The notes beneath the pieces are model-generated. The model was not told the origin of the DNA and did not search any database. It saw nothing but the letters and a program-made list of their open reading frames with translations. From an uncultured Myxococcales bacterium (lineage in GTDB: Bacteria; Myxococcota_A; UBA9160; UBA4427), in the NCBI GenBank assembly GCA_965603475.1, contig CBFDDD010000008.1:16176-80175 (forward strand): a stretch of DNA of 64,000 nt. Reading direction: 5' to 3'. The position numbers and the translations under genes were made by a program. Each line of letters starts with the position of its first letter. The first letter of the stretch is position 1. Positions 28,602-39,055 of this stretch are shown here, piece by piece.

Positions 28602-29402
28602 TCAGTCTGATTGCTGGAAGTAGCGTGCCGGCGTCGTCCCCATCGCACGCCGAAACATCGCGATGAAGGCGCTCGGAGTTTCGAAGCCCACTTCGAGGGC
28701 CGTGGAGGTGACGCTCTCCCCAGCAGCCAGGATCTCGAGCGCACGCAGCAGTCGGGCTTGCTGCTGCCATTTCCCGAAGCTCGTTCCGACTTCCGCATGG
28801 AACAAGCGCTCGAGCGTGCGCTCGCTCGCGCCGGCTTCGCGCGCCCAGTCACTTCGCGATTGCCGCAATGCCGGTGTCGCCCGAAACGCATTCGCGACCC
28901 GGCGTGCACGGTGATCGTTCGGCATCGGCAGATGCAGGGGCGCAGTCTTGGCAGCACGAATTTCGTCTCGGATGACGGCTGCGATTCGTGCTTCGGGGCC
29001 ATCCTCGGGATAGGGCTGTCGAAACGTGATGGCGCGCAGGATCGCGCCGTGCAGCAGGCCAGAGACCTGGACGACGCAGCAGTGCCTGCCGTGGATCGGC
29101 GCGGTGGTCGGATCGAGGTAGAGCGTCTTTAGTCGAACGGTGCCCGACATCGCGATGCTATGCGGGACAAAGGCCGGCACCCAGACCGCGCGGGCAGGCG
29201 GCACGACCCACAAGCCGTCGTCTGTCTCCACCGTCATTACGCCATGCGACGCGTGGATGAGTTGGGCGGAGTCGTGGTGGTGTGGCTGGATCGGATCGTC
29301 GGACCCGCGGTCCTCGGCCAGGCCGAAGAGCGGGGAGGGCAGGGCGAACTCGACCAGGGGAGTCTTGCTGTGCGATGGCACGCTTTGGCGGTTTTCAGAC
29401 AT
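28602..29402 (-). CDS. AraC family regulator, cupin/NimR type
   Basis: H.H...QL, WVVPP.RAVWVP, SERTLERLF, GFETPSAFIAMFRR. Confidence 0.92.
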   Translation of the reverse strand: MSENRQSVPSHSKTPLVEFALPSPLFGLAEDRGSDDPIQPHHHDSAQLIHASHGVMTVETDDGLWVVPPARAVWVPAFVPHSIAMSGTVRLKTLYLDPTTAPIHGRHCCVVQVSGLLHGAILRAITFRQPYPEDGPEARIAAVIRDEIRAAKTAPLHLPMPNDHRARRVANAFRATPALRQSRSDWAREAGASERTLERLFHAEVGTSFGKWQQQARLLRALEILAAGESVTSTALEVGFETPSAFIAMFRRAMGTTPARYFQQSD

Positions 29403-29511
29403 TATTTGACAAGATACGCGGAGATTGACCTCTTCGCCCCTGCGAAACTCGGGCAGTCGTCCCCGAATCTTCGAGCGCAGATACAATCGATCCATCGAGA
29501 AGGAGTCCAGC

Positions 29512-30339
29512 ATGAGAGAAGCCGTCGTCCGAGAGCTGTGGACCTATCCAGTCAAGGGCTGCCAGGGGGTCCCGGCCGACTCCCTCGAGGTCACCCAGAT
29601 GGGGGTCGTCGGAGACCGAGGATTCGTGCTCTGGCGCGACGGCGCACTCGTCGACCAGATCGAAACCCCGCAGATCGCATCGCTGGCTGCAGGCTTCGAT
29701 CGCGCTGCCGGCACGCTCCGCTTCGAACATGCAGAGCAAGGTGCGTACGTGCACGAAGTCCGCACGGAAGGCCCGAAGCGAGAAGCCAAGTGGGTCCTCG
29801 ACGAGTTCCAGACTCTCGACCAGGGCGATCGGGTGGCCGACTGGCTCTCCACGGTGCTCGGAAAGGAGGTTCGGCTCGTCAGTCCTCACGAAGCCTGGAA
29901 GATCAATTTTCCGATCCCGCAGATGCAGCGTCTCCACCAGCAGCCGAAGCAGAGCTTCTACTCGGCCTCACCGGTCTCGTTGGCCAACCAGGCCTCGCTC
30001 GACGACCTGAACGAGCGTCTGGCAACACCGGTCGGAATGGATCGCTTCCGCGTGAACGTCGTCGTCGACGGGCTCGATCCATACCAGGAGGACGAGCTGA
30101 CCTCGTTTGGCACAGAGGCGGTCGAACTGCTGCAGGTCACTCCCGCCGAGCGCTGCGTCATCGTGACGACCGACCAGAAGACGGGTCAGCGAGCGAAGGG
30201 CGACCTATTGAAGGTGCTCGGCGAGTATCGGCGCAAGAAGAAGGAAGACCGCTTCGGCAGCGGCATCATCTTCGGCTTGTACATGACCGTCGGCCGCGAG
30301 GGCACGTTGCACGTCGGTGACACGCTCAGCGTGAGTTGA
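29512..30339 (+). CDS. MOSC domain protein (mARC/YcbX-like)
   Basis: YPVKGC, GDR, SLDDLN.RL, RFRVN, ERC, LHVGD. Confidence 0.9.
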   Translation: MREAVVRELWTYPVKGCQGVPADSLEVTQMGVVGDRGFVLWRDGALVDQIETPQIASLAAGFDRAAGTLRFEHAEQGAYVHEVRTEGPKREAKWVLDEFQTLDQGDRVADWLSTVLGKEVRLVSPHEAWKINFPIPQMQRLHQQPKQSFYSASPVSLANQASLDDLNERLATPVGMDRFRVNVVVDGLDPYQEDELTSFGTEAVELLQVTPAERCVIVTTDQKTGQRAKGDLLKVLGEYRRKKKEDRFGSGIIFGLYMTVGREGTLHVGDTLSVS

Positions 30340-30601
30340 AGCGCCCTGTTGCTCGGACCTGAGATAAAGTGGCCCGCGCCGCTGTCCAGCTTGCCACGAT
30401 TGACCATTGACCATGTCACTCAGCGAACAGCCTTTACCCCGTCTGATTGATATGCTCTACGCCAATTGATGGGCAGGATCTGGCGCGGGTGAGCGAGTGG
30501 AAATTCGTTTGCCCCGGCCAGGAAGCGGTCGAGGGCACGCGCTTCAACTACTCAGGCGCGATTTTTCGCAGATGCTGCGCGAAACACGGGCGGAGGACAC
30601 G

Positions 30602-31681
30602 ATGGACAGGATGAACGAGCTCGGCTTCTACACGCTGGCGGGCGCGCCACGCTCGCCGCGCGATCTGATCAACGAGGTGCAACAGGCCGAATCGCTCGGT
30701 CTCGGCTCGGCGTTCATTTCGGAGCGCTTCAACATCAAGGAAGCGGCGACGCTCTCCGGTGCGGCGGGCGCCGTGTCCAACGAGATCGGCATCGCCACAG
30801 CGGCCACGAACCACAACACCCGCCATCCGATGGTCACGGCGGCGTACGCGATGACGATGCACCGTCTGACGGGCGGGCGTTTCTCCCTCGGGCTCGGTCG
30901 CGGCATCGCGCCGATGTTCGATGCCTACGGCCTGCCGCATATCAAAACAGCGGAAATCGAAGACTTCGTCGGTCTGATGCGTCGAATCTGGCGAGGCGAA
31001 GTCGTCGTCGGACACGACGGCCCGGCCGGACAATATCCGCTCCTCACGATGGGGCCGGACTACGACGAGCATATTCCGATGACCTTTACGGCGTTCGGCC
31101 CCAACTCCCTGGCACTCGGTGGCCGCGCATTCGATGCGGTCGTGCTCCATACCTTCTTTACGGACGAAACTACGTCGCGCTGTGTAGGTGCCGTGAAGGA
31201 GGCGGCCGAACGCGCGGGTCGAGATCCATCGTCCGTGCGCGTCTGGTCCTGCTTCGCGACGATCGGCGATCATTTGCCGGAAGATCTACGGCTCAAGAAG
31301 ACCGTCGGGCGGATGGCTACCTATCTGCAGGGTTACGGAGATCTGATGGTTCGCACGAACGATTGGGATCCGGAAGTTCTCCGGCGCTTTCGGGAAGACG
31401 CCTTCGTCGCTGGCTTCCGCGGGGCGCTCGATACGACGGCGACGAGCGACGAACTCGAGCATGTCGCGAGCCTGATTCCCGACGAATGGCTGGCGTCCTC
31501 TGCCACCGGGAGTGCCACGCAGTGTGTCGACAAGATTCGGGCGCAATTCGATCTGGGATGCGATGGCGTCATCCTGCATGGTGCATCGCCAGCTGAACTC
31601 GAGCCCGTTGTCACAGCGTATCGAAAATCCAGGCCGGCCGGACGCTTCGACGCGTTGAAAGCGAATCCGGCGGCGTGTTAG
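30602..31681 (+). CDS. LLM class oxidoreductase, probable F420-dependent TIGR03857-like
   Basis: ELGFYTLAG, FISERFNIKEA, ATNHNTRHP, VILHG. Confidence 0.85.
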   Translation: MDRMNELGFYTLAGAPRSPRDLINEVQQAESLGLGSAFISERFNIKEAATLSGAAGAVSNEIGIATAATNHNTRHPMVTAAYAMTMHRLTGGRFSLGLGRGIAPMFDAYGLPHIKTAEIEDFVGLMRRIWRGEVVVGHDGPAGQYPLLTMGPDYDEHIPMTFTAFGPNSLALGGRAFDAVVLHTFFTDETTSRCVGAVKEAAERAGRDPSSVRVWSCFATIGDHLPEDLRLKKTVGRMATYLQGYGDLMVRTNDWDPEVLRRFREDAFVAGFRGALDTTATSDELEHVASLIPDEWLASSATGSATQCVDKIRAQFDLGCDGVILHGASPAELEPVVTAYRKSRPAGRFDALKANPAAC

Positions 31682-31900
31682 TTCATGTCGAGAATTTCTG
31701 GACTGGTTGAGTCGACACTGCAATTCACGACCCGATGCCACACTGCGAAACGATCTGCGCGCAGCGACCTGAAGGAAGTCTCGTGCTACCAGCCGCTTCG
31801 TACGAGCGCGGACCCAGGGTGCGCAGGGCGCCGAGCGGAGGAGGGCCCCGTAGGATGGAAATGCTGCTAGCGTCAGGACTACGAATCAAGGAGAAATGAC

Positions 31901-32332
31901 ATGGGCCTTTTGCAGGATGTGACGCCGATCAACGACCAGCTCGCAGATATCATCGTTCGCGCCACCGATCCGTGGATCGAGCAAGAGAAGGACATGGCGT
32001 GGATCAAAGTGCTCTGGACGGGGGAAGAGTCCGGACGTTGGGCCGCGCTGTTCCGCTGGAACAAGGGTTATGTCGCCCCTCCCCACAAGCATTTGTCCGC
32101 GGCGCACACCTTCATCCTGAAGGGCCAGCTGCAAGTGCGCGACGGGCTCCTGAACGTGGGCGACTATGATTACGAGCCGAACGGCGTGCTTCACGGCGCG
32201 ACGACGGCGCTCGAAGACACGGAGTACCTGTTCATCTGCGACGGCCCCGTGCTCTTCTACAATGACGACGGTTTTCAGTACTATCTCGGCTGGGAAGAAC
32301 TCCATCGTATGCGCGAGGCCGCGAAGCCATAA
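31901..32332 (+). CDS. Cupin protein (ChrR/dihydroxyacetophenone dioxygenase-like)
   Basis: PHKH, YEPNGVLH; AAGGAG RBS. Confidence 0.82.
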   Translation: MGLLQDVTPINDQLADIIVRATDPWIEQEKDMAWIKVLWTGEESGRWAALFRWNKGYVAPPHKHLSAAHTFILKGQLQVRDGLLNVGDYDYEPNGVLHGATTALEDTEYLFICDGPVLFYNDDGFQYYLGWEELHRMREAAKP

Positions 32333-32496
32333 GGGAACGGTTCAAGCGCCGGATAGCGCCCAGCTCTCCCATCGGCGGCTTGCGCTGGTTTTTGTGGTGA
32401 CTCGGTCCTCCAAAGAATTCGAGTCTACGAGGGCGTACGCTGACACTCGCTGGGCGTTGCCTTCAGGCATCTGAGCCGATCCGCTACGCTGGGCGC

Positions 32497-33993
32497 GTGT
32501 CAACCAGCAACATCCGACCAGAATCCGATTTCGCGAGTCGCTACGCGAAGCTTCCAGATGAGTGCTTCGCTTTGGTCGTTCCGACGCCCGTCGCGAATCC
32601 ACATCTTCTCCGGTTCAATGTCGAACTGGCACGAGAGCTGAACCTTCCTCCGAATCTGTTCGAGGGTCCCGACGGCGTCGCAATTCTCGCCGGCAACCGG
32701 CCCCTGAAAGGCGCTGCACCCATCGCAATGGCCTATGCCGGCCATCAATTCGGGAACTGGGTCCCAAGTCTGGGCGACGGACGCGCGATCCAGATCGGTG
32801 AAGTGGTGGATCGCGAGGGCGTTGCGCGAGGAATCCAGCTCAAGGGGGCCGGCCCGACGCCATTCTCGCGAAATGGCGATGGTCGTGCGGCAATCGGACC
32901 CGTCTTGCGCGAGTACGTGCTGAGCGAAGCAATGTCCGCTCTCGGGATTCCGACGACTCGAGCGCTGGCGATGGTGACGACCGGGGAGACGGTCTATCGA
33001 GAGCGACCCGAGCCGGGGGCAATCTTGACGCGCGTCGCGGCGGGTTATGTCCGCGTTGGCACCTTCGAATACCTGGCAGCCCGAGGGATGAAGGAAGAGA
33101 TCCGCAGTCTTGCGGATTATGTCATCGAGAATCGCTATCCGGAGATCGCCCAGTCAGAGAATCCCTACCGGGCGTTGCTCGAGAGCGTGATCGAAGTGCA
33201 GGCCGATCTGATCGCTCGCTGGATGCTGGTTGGATTCATTCATGGCGTCATGAATACCGACAATATGTCGATCATGGGAGAGACGATCGACTATGGCCCC
33301 TGCGCCTTCCTCGACGCGTACGATCCTGCGAAAGTCTTCAGTTCGATCGATCGCAACGGCCGTTATGCCTATAGCCAGCAGCCGGCGATCGGGCTCTGGA
33401 ATTTGACGCGATTTGCCGAAACACTCCTGCCTCTACTCGCCGCTGACGAAGGGGCAGCCGTCGAGTCGGCGAAGGAAGCACTCGAGCGATATGGCGGACG
33501 ATTCCAAACCATCTACGACGAAGGACTGAGGCGCAAGCTGGGCCTCGCGCAGTCGACTGAAGCGAGTCGAGAGCTCGGCTCCAGACTACTCGACGCGATG
33601 GCGGATCAAGGGGCGGACTTCACGCTGACCTTCCGTCTGCTGTCGGATCTTCGACTCGAAAATTCCGAGGGAGACCATTCCGTCCGTGCGCTCTTCGAAG
33701 ACCCCGATGTATTCGGTCGCTGGTCGGAGGATTGGCGTGCACATCTACGTGCAGAGGGGACGGATCACGCGGCGCGGATCGAAGGGATGCGAAGCGTGAA
33801 TCCTCTCTTCATTCCCCGAAATCATCGGGTCCAGCAAGCGATCGACGCTCTGGTGGGGAACGCTGATTCCGGGCCCTTTGAGGACTTGCTGGCGGTCACG
33901 GCGCGGCCTTTCGAAGAAGATCCCGATCGAGCAGAATACGCCGCGCCACCAGAGCCGCACGAGGTCGTTCGCCGGACCTTCTGCGGTACCTGA
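32497..33993 (+). CDS. selO: Protein adenylyltransferase SelO/YdiU; exact start uncertain
   Basis: YAGHQFG, LGDGRA, QLKGAG.TP.SR.GDGRA, HGVMNTDN, IDYGP, C-terminal TFCGT. Confidence 0.95.
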   Translation: MSTSNIRPESDFASRYAKLPDECFALVVPTPVANPHLLRFNVELARELNLPPNLFEGPDGVAILAGNRPLKGAAPIAMAYAGHQFGNWVPSLGDGRAIQIGEVVDREGVARGIQLKGAGPTPFSRNGDGRAAIGPVLREYVLSEAMSALGIPTTRALAMVTTGETVYRERPEPGAILTRVAAGYVRVGTFEYLAARGMKEEIRSLADYVIENRYPEIAQSENPYRALLESVIEVQADLIARWMLVGFIHGVMNTDNMSIMGETIDYGPCAFLDAYDPAKVFSSIDRNGRYAYSQQPAIGLWNLTRFAETLLPLLAADEGAAVESAKEALERYGGRFQTIYDEGLRRKLGLAQSTEASRELGSRLLDAMADQGADFTLTFRLLSDLRLENSEGDHSVRALFEDPDVFGRWSEDWRAHLRAEGTDHAARIEGMRSVNPLFIPRNHRVQQAIDALVGNADSGPFEDLLAVTARPFEEDPDRAEYAAPPEPHEVVRRTFCGT

Positions 33994-34095
33994 CTCGCAA
34001 AAGCGGGAAGTAGAAAACGTCAGAATCAGAGGAGCACAGCGGTGGGCGGTGCATATGTCTTGATTCACTGCTTGGCACGCGCCACCGTTCCGAGG

Positions 34096-34155
34096 GATCG
34101 CAATCTCTTCGAGTTCTTTCACTCGCTCGAAATGCCGAAACGCAGGCCGTCGTGA
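34096..34155 (+). pseudogene. 3' remnant of a probable VOC-family gene
   Basis: DRNLFEFFHSLEMPKRRPS*, preceded out of frame by TTC CGA (FR); resembles FRDPDGNLxEF; stop overlaps the next GTG. Confidence 0.45.
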
Positions 34156-35099
34156 AGCTGCTGATCACCGGGGCGTTCGGCAATCTCGGGCTCATGTGCG
34201 TCGACCAGGCGCTCTCGATGGAGCACGAGGTCGTGTGCCTCGATATGGACACGCGAGCGAACAGGAAGATCGCGGCGTCGTACGCGAACAGGGTCGAGGC
34301 CGTGCTCGGCGACCTGCGAGACGCATCTCTCGTAAGTGGTGCGGTCGACGGCGTGGATGCGATTGTCCACAACGCCGCCGTGCTGCCACCGGTCACGGAG
34401 ACGGCGCCGGACTTCGCCGACGAGATCAACGTCATCGCGTGCAAAGCCTTGATCGCAGCCGCGGAAGCGTGCGCGAAGAAGCCGGTCTTCGTCTTCCCCT
34501 CCTCGGTCACGGTATTCGGGCTCGCACAAGTCGGTGAGACGCCCCGGACGTCGACAGATCCCGTCCATCCGACTGACAACTACACGCGACACAAGGTGGC
34601 CATAGAGAAGCGCCTCGAATCCGCGTCCATCCCCTGGGTTGTCTTGCGCGTTGGCGTCTCGGTGGATGCGCGGACCCTCTCGACGGATCGGAACACATTC
34701 CGCCAGTTATTGGCGGTGCGACCGGATAACCCGTTCGAGTACGTCCACCCGAAGGACGTCGCGCTCGCGATGTGCCGTGCCGCCTCTTCGCGCGAAGCCC
34801 GAAACCGGATCCTGCTCGTGGGCGGTGGCGCATCCTGCCAGATCAGCCAGCAGCAGTTTCTGGGAGTCGCCTTCGACGCGCTCGGCATACCGCTTCCGGC
34901 CTCGTGCCACGGAGGCGACGCGTACTACACGCACTGGATGGACACGACCGAGAGCCAAACCCTGCTCCAGTTCCAGCACCACGATTTCGCGGACTACCAG
35001 AAGGAAATGGGAGACCGACTCCGGAGCCTGAGGCTCGGCCTCTGGGCCCTACGCTGGATTTTGCGCCCGCTGCTGCCGATGGTGTTGAGGCGGATCTGA
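34152..35099 (+). CDS. NAD-dependent epimerase/dehydratase (extended SDR)
   Basis: TGAFGNLG, HNAA, SS, YTRHK, VHPKDVA. Confidence 0.88.
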   Translation: MKLLITGAFGNLGLMCVDQALSMEHEVVCLDMDTRANRKIAASYANRVEAVLGDLRDASLVSGAVDGVDAIVHNAAVLPPVTETAPDFADEINVIACKALIAAAEACAKKPVFVFPSSVTVFGLAQVGETPRTSTDPVHPTDNYTRHKVAIEKRLESASIPWVVLRVGVSVDARTLSTDRNTFRQLLAVRPDNPFEYVHPKDVALAMCRAASSREARNRILLVGGGASCQISQQQFLGVAFDALGIPLPASCHGGDAYYTHWMDTTESQTLLQFQHHDFADYQKEMGDRLRSLRLGLWALRWILRPLLPMVLRRI

Positions 35100-35150
35100 T
35101 CAAGCGTGCCGCACAGGCGGTCCGCATTCGCTCGCCGGCGAGGCACACAT

Positions 35151-35603
35151 CTACTCCTTGTTGAAGCCGCCGAGCACGGAATCCACCGCATCGCTTGCCG
35201 TCTCACCCGCTTTCTTTGAAGCATCGGCCTGCGCCTTGGCCTTTGCCTCGTCGATGGCCGCCGTCACTTTCTCTGCCGAATACTCCGAAGCGGCAACGTC
35301 GAGTTTGGCGGCCGTCTTCTCGATCTCGTTGCCGGATTCACGGTAGAGGTTCGCGACATCATCGAGTCCCTTTTCCGAACTCTGCGAGACGAGCAGGAGC
35401 TGGGTGACCGAGTCGAGCGAGATGCCATTTTCGAGTAGGCCCGTAACGATGTCGGCAGGTACGCCGAATTGTTCGGCCAGGGGGCCGGCCAGGGCGAGCA
35501 TGCCGGTGGGTTCAGCCGCATTCGCCTCCCGCGTCTCGAGCGACGTGATGAGCAGGGCAACGAACAACAGGAACACGATGGCGAAGCGATGAAGAACGAC
35601 CAT
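35151..35603 (-). CDS. Secreted hypothetical protein
   Basis: Hydrophobic signal peptide ending ANA; helical Ala/Lys-rich tail. Confidence 0.65.
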   Translation of the reverse strand: MVVLHRFAIVFLLFVALLITSLETREANAAEPTGMLALAGPLAEQFGVPADIVTGLLENGISLDSVTQLLLVSQSSEKGLDDVANLYRESGNEIEKTAAKLDVAASEYSAEKVTAAIDEAKAKAQADASKKAGETASDAVDSVLGGFNKE

Positions 35604-35896
35604 GAGGGGACTCCGAGCTGTGGCGAAAGGAAGGATGGAAAAATGAAAAGGCGGCCACTTCGGTCGCCGCAATGAGTCCGAGTGGCGCTCGAGAGCCTAC
35701 CTCAACTGGACGCATGGTTGGGTTGTTCTTTGGAATTGAAGGCTGCTCCGTGAGCCCCATTGTTTCCGTCGTATTCCCGATGCTCGATGAACGCTTCTCC
35801 GCCGCCGGTGGTTCATCATGAAATTGTTGTGAAAGGACACTACTCGGAGTGCTAGATATGGGATCTACGACCCCACCACGACGAGGAGCCAAAGAG

Positions 35897-36958
35897 ATGG
35901 GATTGAAGGTCATTCAATGGGCGACGGGAAACGTCGGGCGAGCCGCACTGCGACAGATTCTGGCGCATCCGGAACTCGAGCTGGTCGGATGCCTCGTCCA
36001 TTCCGATTCGAAGACGGGCAAGGATGCTGGCGAGCTGTGCAAGCAGCCTGCGATGGGTGTCCTCGCTACCAAGAGCATCGACGAGATCCTGGAACTCGAT
36101 GCGGACTGTGTTTCTCACATGCCTCTCCCCTCCGCCCAGTACGGAGACGATCCGGGTACGGATCTGCGCAACCTCTGTCGCATTCTGGAGTCGGGCAAGA
36201 ACGTCGTGACGACGGTCGGCTATCTCTACCCCCTGGCGTATGGAGAAGAGGTCTTTGGCCAGCTCGAGCGTGCATGCAAGGCTGGCAATTCGTCGATTCA
36301 CGGTACTGGCGCGAATCCCGGGTGGATGAGCGACGTGCTTCCTCTGACCGCATCGGGGATGTCCGCGGAGATCGACCGAATCTACGTCCGCGAGAGCACC
36401 GATTTCTCCTGGTATCCCTCCGCGCATGTCATCTTCGATCTGATGGGAATGGGGTGCACCGAGGAGGAGTACGCGGCGCGTTCCAGTCGCTATGTCGGCT
36501 GGCTATCCGGATTGTTCCGCGAGAGTCTGATGCTCGTCGCCGACGGGCTCGGCCTCGTCCTCGACGACATCAGGTTCGAGTCCGAAATCCGACTGGGCGA
36601 TGCCGAATACGAGATCGCCGCGGGTCGCGTGGCGAAGGGTACCGTGGCGGGCCAGCGATTCGTCTGGAGCGGAATCGTCGGAGAGAAACCCGTGATCGTT
36701 CTCGAAGCGATCTACATGGCGCGCCGCGAAGCCACGCCCGACTGGCCCGAACCGGGATTCGTATGCCGAATCGAGGGCAAGCCGACAATGAAGTTCGAAC
36801 TCGACGAGGGCTGGATCTCCAATGGCCTCATCGCGACCGCGGTCCACGCGGTTCATGCGATCTCCGCAGTCTGCGCAGCCGACGCCGGCGTCCGCACCTT
36901 TCTCGATCTGCCCCTGATCGTCGGCAAGTATGCAGCGACCGCGTCGCGGGTCCCCTAG
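35897..36958 (+). CDS. DapB-like/2,4-diaminopentanoate dehydrogenase family (NAD(P)H amine dehydrogenase-like)
   Basis: VIQWATGNVG, GKDAGE, SGKNVV, HGTGANPG, IEGKP. Confidence 0.85.
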   Translation: MGLKVIQWATGNVGRAALRQILAHPELELVGCLVHSDSKTGKDAGELCKQPAMGVLATKSIDEILELDADCVSHMPLPSAQYGDDPGTDLRNLCRILESGKNVVTTVGYLYPLAYGEEVFGQLERACKAGNSSIHGTGANPGWMSDVLPLTASGMSAEIDRIYVRESTDFSWYPSAHVIFDLMGMGCTEEEYAARSSRYVGWLSGLFRESLMLVADGLGLVLDDIRFESEIRLGDAEYEIAAGRVAKGTVAGQRFVWSGIVGEKPVIVLEAIYMARREATPDWPEPGFVCRIEGKPTMKFELDEGWISNGLIATAVHAVHAISAVCAADAGVRTFLDLPLIVGKYAATASRVP

Positions 36959-37013
36959 GTCATATTGCCTTGTGATTTAGCTACGCTGGTGAGTCACAGA
37001 AGGAGTGTCGAAG

Positions 37014-37841
37014 ATGGATGAATTCGCGGGAAGAGTCGCGGTCGTAACCGGTGCAGCCAGTGGGATCGGCCTTGCGACGGCAACTCGATTCGCCCAGCTC
37101 GGAATGCGCGTGGTGCTGGCTGACGTCGAGCGCGATCCGCTCGACGCGGCGATTTCGAAACTGCAGGGCGAGGGCCATGAGGTACTGGGCGTCGAAACCG
37201 ATGTGCGCAAATTGGAGGCCATCGAGCATCTGGCCAAGGCGACCCTCGATGCCTTCGGCCAGGTCAATGTCGTGCATAACAACGCGGGTGTCGTGCGTGC
37301 GGGCCGGCTCGAGGAGCTCAGTGTCGCGGACTGGGAATGGGTGCTCGGGGTCGACCTTTGGAGTGTGATCTACGGGGTAAAAACTTTTCTCCCGCTGATT
37401 CGCGAGGCGGGCGAGGGACATATCATCAACACGGCGTCGAGTGCCGGACTTCAATCCTCACCGGAGATCGGGCCCTACAATGTCGCCAAGTTCGGCGTCG
37501 TCGCGTTGACTGAGACGCTCCAGCTCGAGCTCCTCGCGGACAAGAGCCCCATCGGTGCCTCGGTTCTGTGTCCGGGTGCCATCGCCACACGAATCGTCGA
37601 GAGCGAGCGAAACAGGCCTGATGCTGTCGCAGAGACGGAAACGAATCGGCGATTCAACGCGTCCGCCTCGAAGATCGTGAGCGATGGGCATACTCCCGAG
37701 AGTGTCGCCGAGCGAATCGTCGAAGCGATTCGCGCCAAGCAGTTCTGGATCCTCACCCACCCGGATTGGATCGACGTGCTGCGAAAGCGCGTCGAGGGAA
37801 TGGCAGATGGGCGCCAGCTGGTGAGCGGCTTCGGAGGCTAG
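37014..37841 (+). CDS. SDR oxidoreductase
   Basis: TGAASGIG, NNAG, YNVAK, LCPG. Confidence 0.93.
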   Translation: MDEFAGRVAVVTGAASGIGLATATRFAQLGMRVVLADVERDPLDAAISKLQGEGHEVLGVETDVRKLEAIEHLAKATLDAFGQVNVVHNNAGVVRAGRLEELSVADWEWVLGVDLWSVIYGVKTFLPLIREAGEGHIINTASSAGLQSSPEIGPYNVAKFGVVALTETLQLELLADKSPIGASVLCPGAIATRIVESERNRPDAVAETETNRRFNASASKIVSDGHTPESVAERIVEAIRAKQFWILTHPDWIDVLRKRVEGMADGRQLVSGFGG

Positions 37842-37879
37842 AACCGTGACGGCAGGGGTTGCGATTCAGGCGGCGCGAC

Positions 37880-39055
37880 TCAGCCGCTGCGACCGATGAG
37901 GGGCAGCGTTTCGAAGCCTCGGATCACGGTCGAATGGAGTCGCTGCGACGGTGTGGCCGCGAGTTCGATCTCTTCGTAGCGATCGAGCAGCGCCTCGAGT
38001 GCGATTTGCCCTTCCATCCGGGCCAGGCCCGCGCCCAGACAGAAGTGGCGACCTTGCCCGAAGGCGAGGTGCCGAAATTCTCCTCGGTCGAGGCGATATT
38101 CATCGGGTTCATCGAAAACTTCGGGGTCTCGGTTCGCGGCGCCGAAGGAAACGACGACTCGACTTCCAGCGGGAATCGCCACTCCTCGGATCTCGACATC
38201 TCGGGTCGTCTCCCGCCCCAGATTCTGAACAGGCGAGTCGTATCGCAGGGTCTCCTCGAGGGCGAGAGGAACCAGGCTCCGGTCTTCGCGGCAGGCTTTC
38301 CACAGATCCGGTCGCTGAGCGAAAATATTGAGCTGGTTGCTGATCCAGTTCGTCGTCGTCTCGTTGCCCGCCACGAGTAGCATGATGAAGAAGGCATCCA
38401 GTTCGGCTTCCGTCAGGTGTCGCCCATCGATCTCCGCCTCGAGGAGATCGGAGATCATGTCGTCCTTCGGGTTTCTTCGACGTTCTTCTGCGAGGGCGCG
38501 GAAGTAGCCGATGAGTTCGACGCTCGCCTGCAGCATCTCGGGCTCCGGCGGGTGGTCCATCAAGCCGACCGTCGCGTCTGACCAGCGCCGAAAGTCGTTC
38601 TGGCGGCTGGCGTCGACGCCCAGGATTTCGGCGATGACTGCCACCGGCAGCGGCACCGAGAGTCCTGGCACCAGATCGAATTCGCCGTCGGGGAGATCCG
38701 CGACGAGTCGTTCGGCGAAGCCGCGGATCCGAGGTTCGCTCTCCGCTACGCGGCGTGGAGTGAAGGCTCGGCTCACCAATGCTCGAAGCTGGTCGTGATG
38801 TGGCGGATCGGTGGCCGCGAGCAACGGCAACATTTCCATGCCCGGACGATTCGACGGCATCGGCGCGGGTCCTGCTCCGCTTCGGAAGGTCTCGTGATCG
38901 CGCAGTGTTTCATCGACGTCCGTGAAACGCGTGAGGGCATAGACGCCATAGCGCGGCTCGTGGTAGACCGGCGCTTCGGTGCGGAGTCGCGCGTAGGAAG
39001 GGTAGGGATCCTCCTGAAAGGCGGGCGAGAAGATGTCGATTTCGTCCTGTTCCAT
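37880..39055 (-). CDS. Cytochrome P450
   Basis: DPP.H, AGNETT, EETLR, FGQGRHFCLG. Confidence 0.95.
   Translation of the reverse strand: MEQDEIDIFSPAFQEDPYPSYARLRTEAPVYHEPRYGVYALTRFTDVDETLRDHETFRSGAGPAPMPSNRPGMEMLPLLAATDPPHHDQLRALVSRAFTPRRVAESEPRIRGFAERLVADLPDGEFDLVPGLSVPLPVAVIAEILGVDASRQNDFRRWSDATVGLMDHPPEPEMLQASVELIGYFRALAEERRRNPKDDMISDLLEAEIDGRHLTEAELDAFFIMLLVAGNETTTNWISNQLNIFAQRPDLWKACREDRSLVPLALEETLRYDSPVQNLGRETTRDVEIRGVAIPAGSRVVVSFGAANRDPEVFDEPDEYRLDRGEFRHLAFGQGRHFCLGAGLARMEGQIALEALLDRYEEIELAATPSQRLHSTVIRGFETLPLIGRSG

Noticed and set aside
29385-29430. TTG(G/A)C elements 21 bp apart near the second AraC start
   Set aside because: Similarity beyond the first five bases is too weak to call an operator
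35835-35855. GAGTGCTAG as part of a CIRCE element
   Set aside because: No matching left half-site at 9-bp spacing and no chaperone gene downstream
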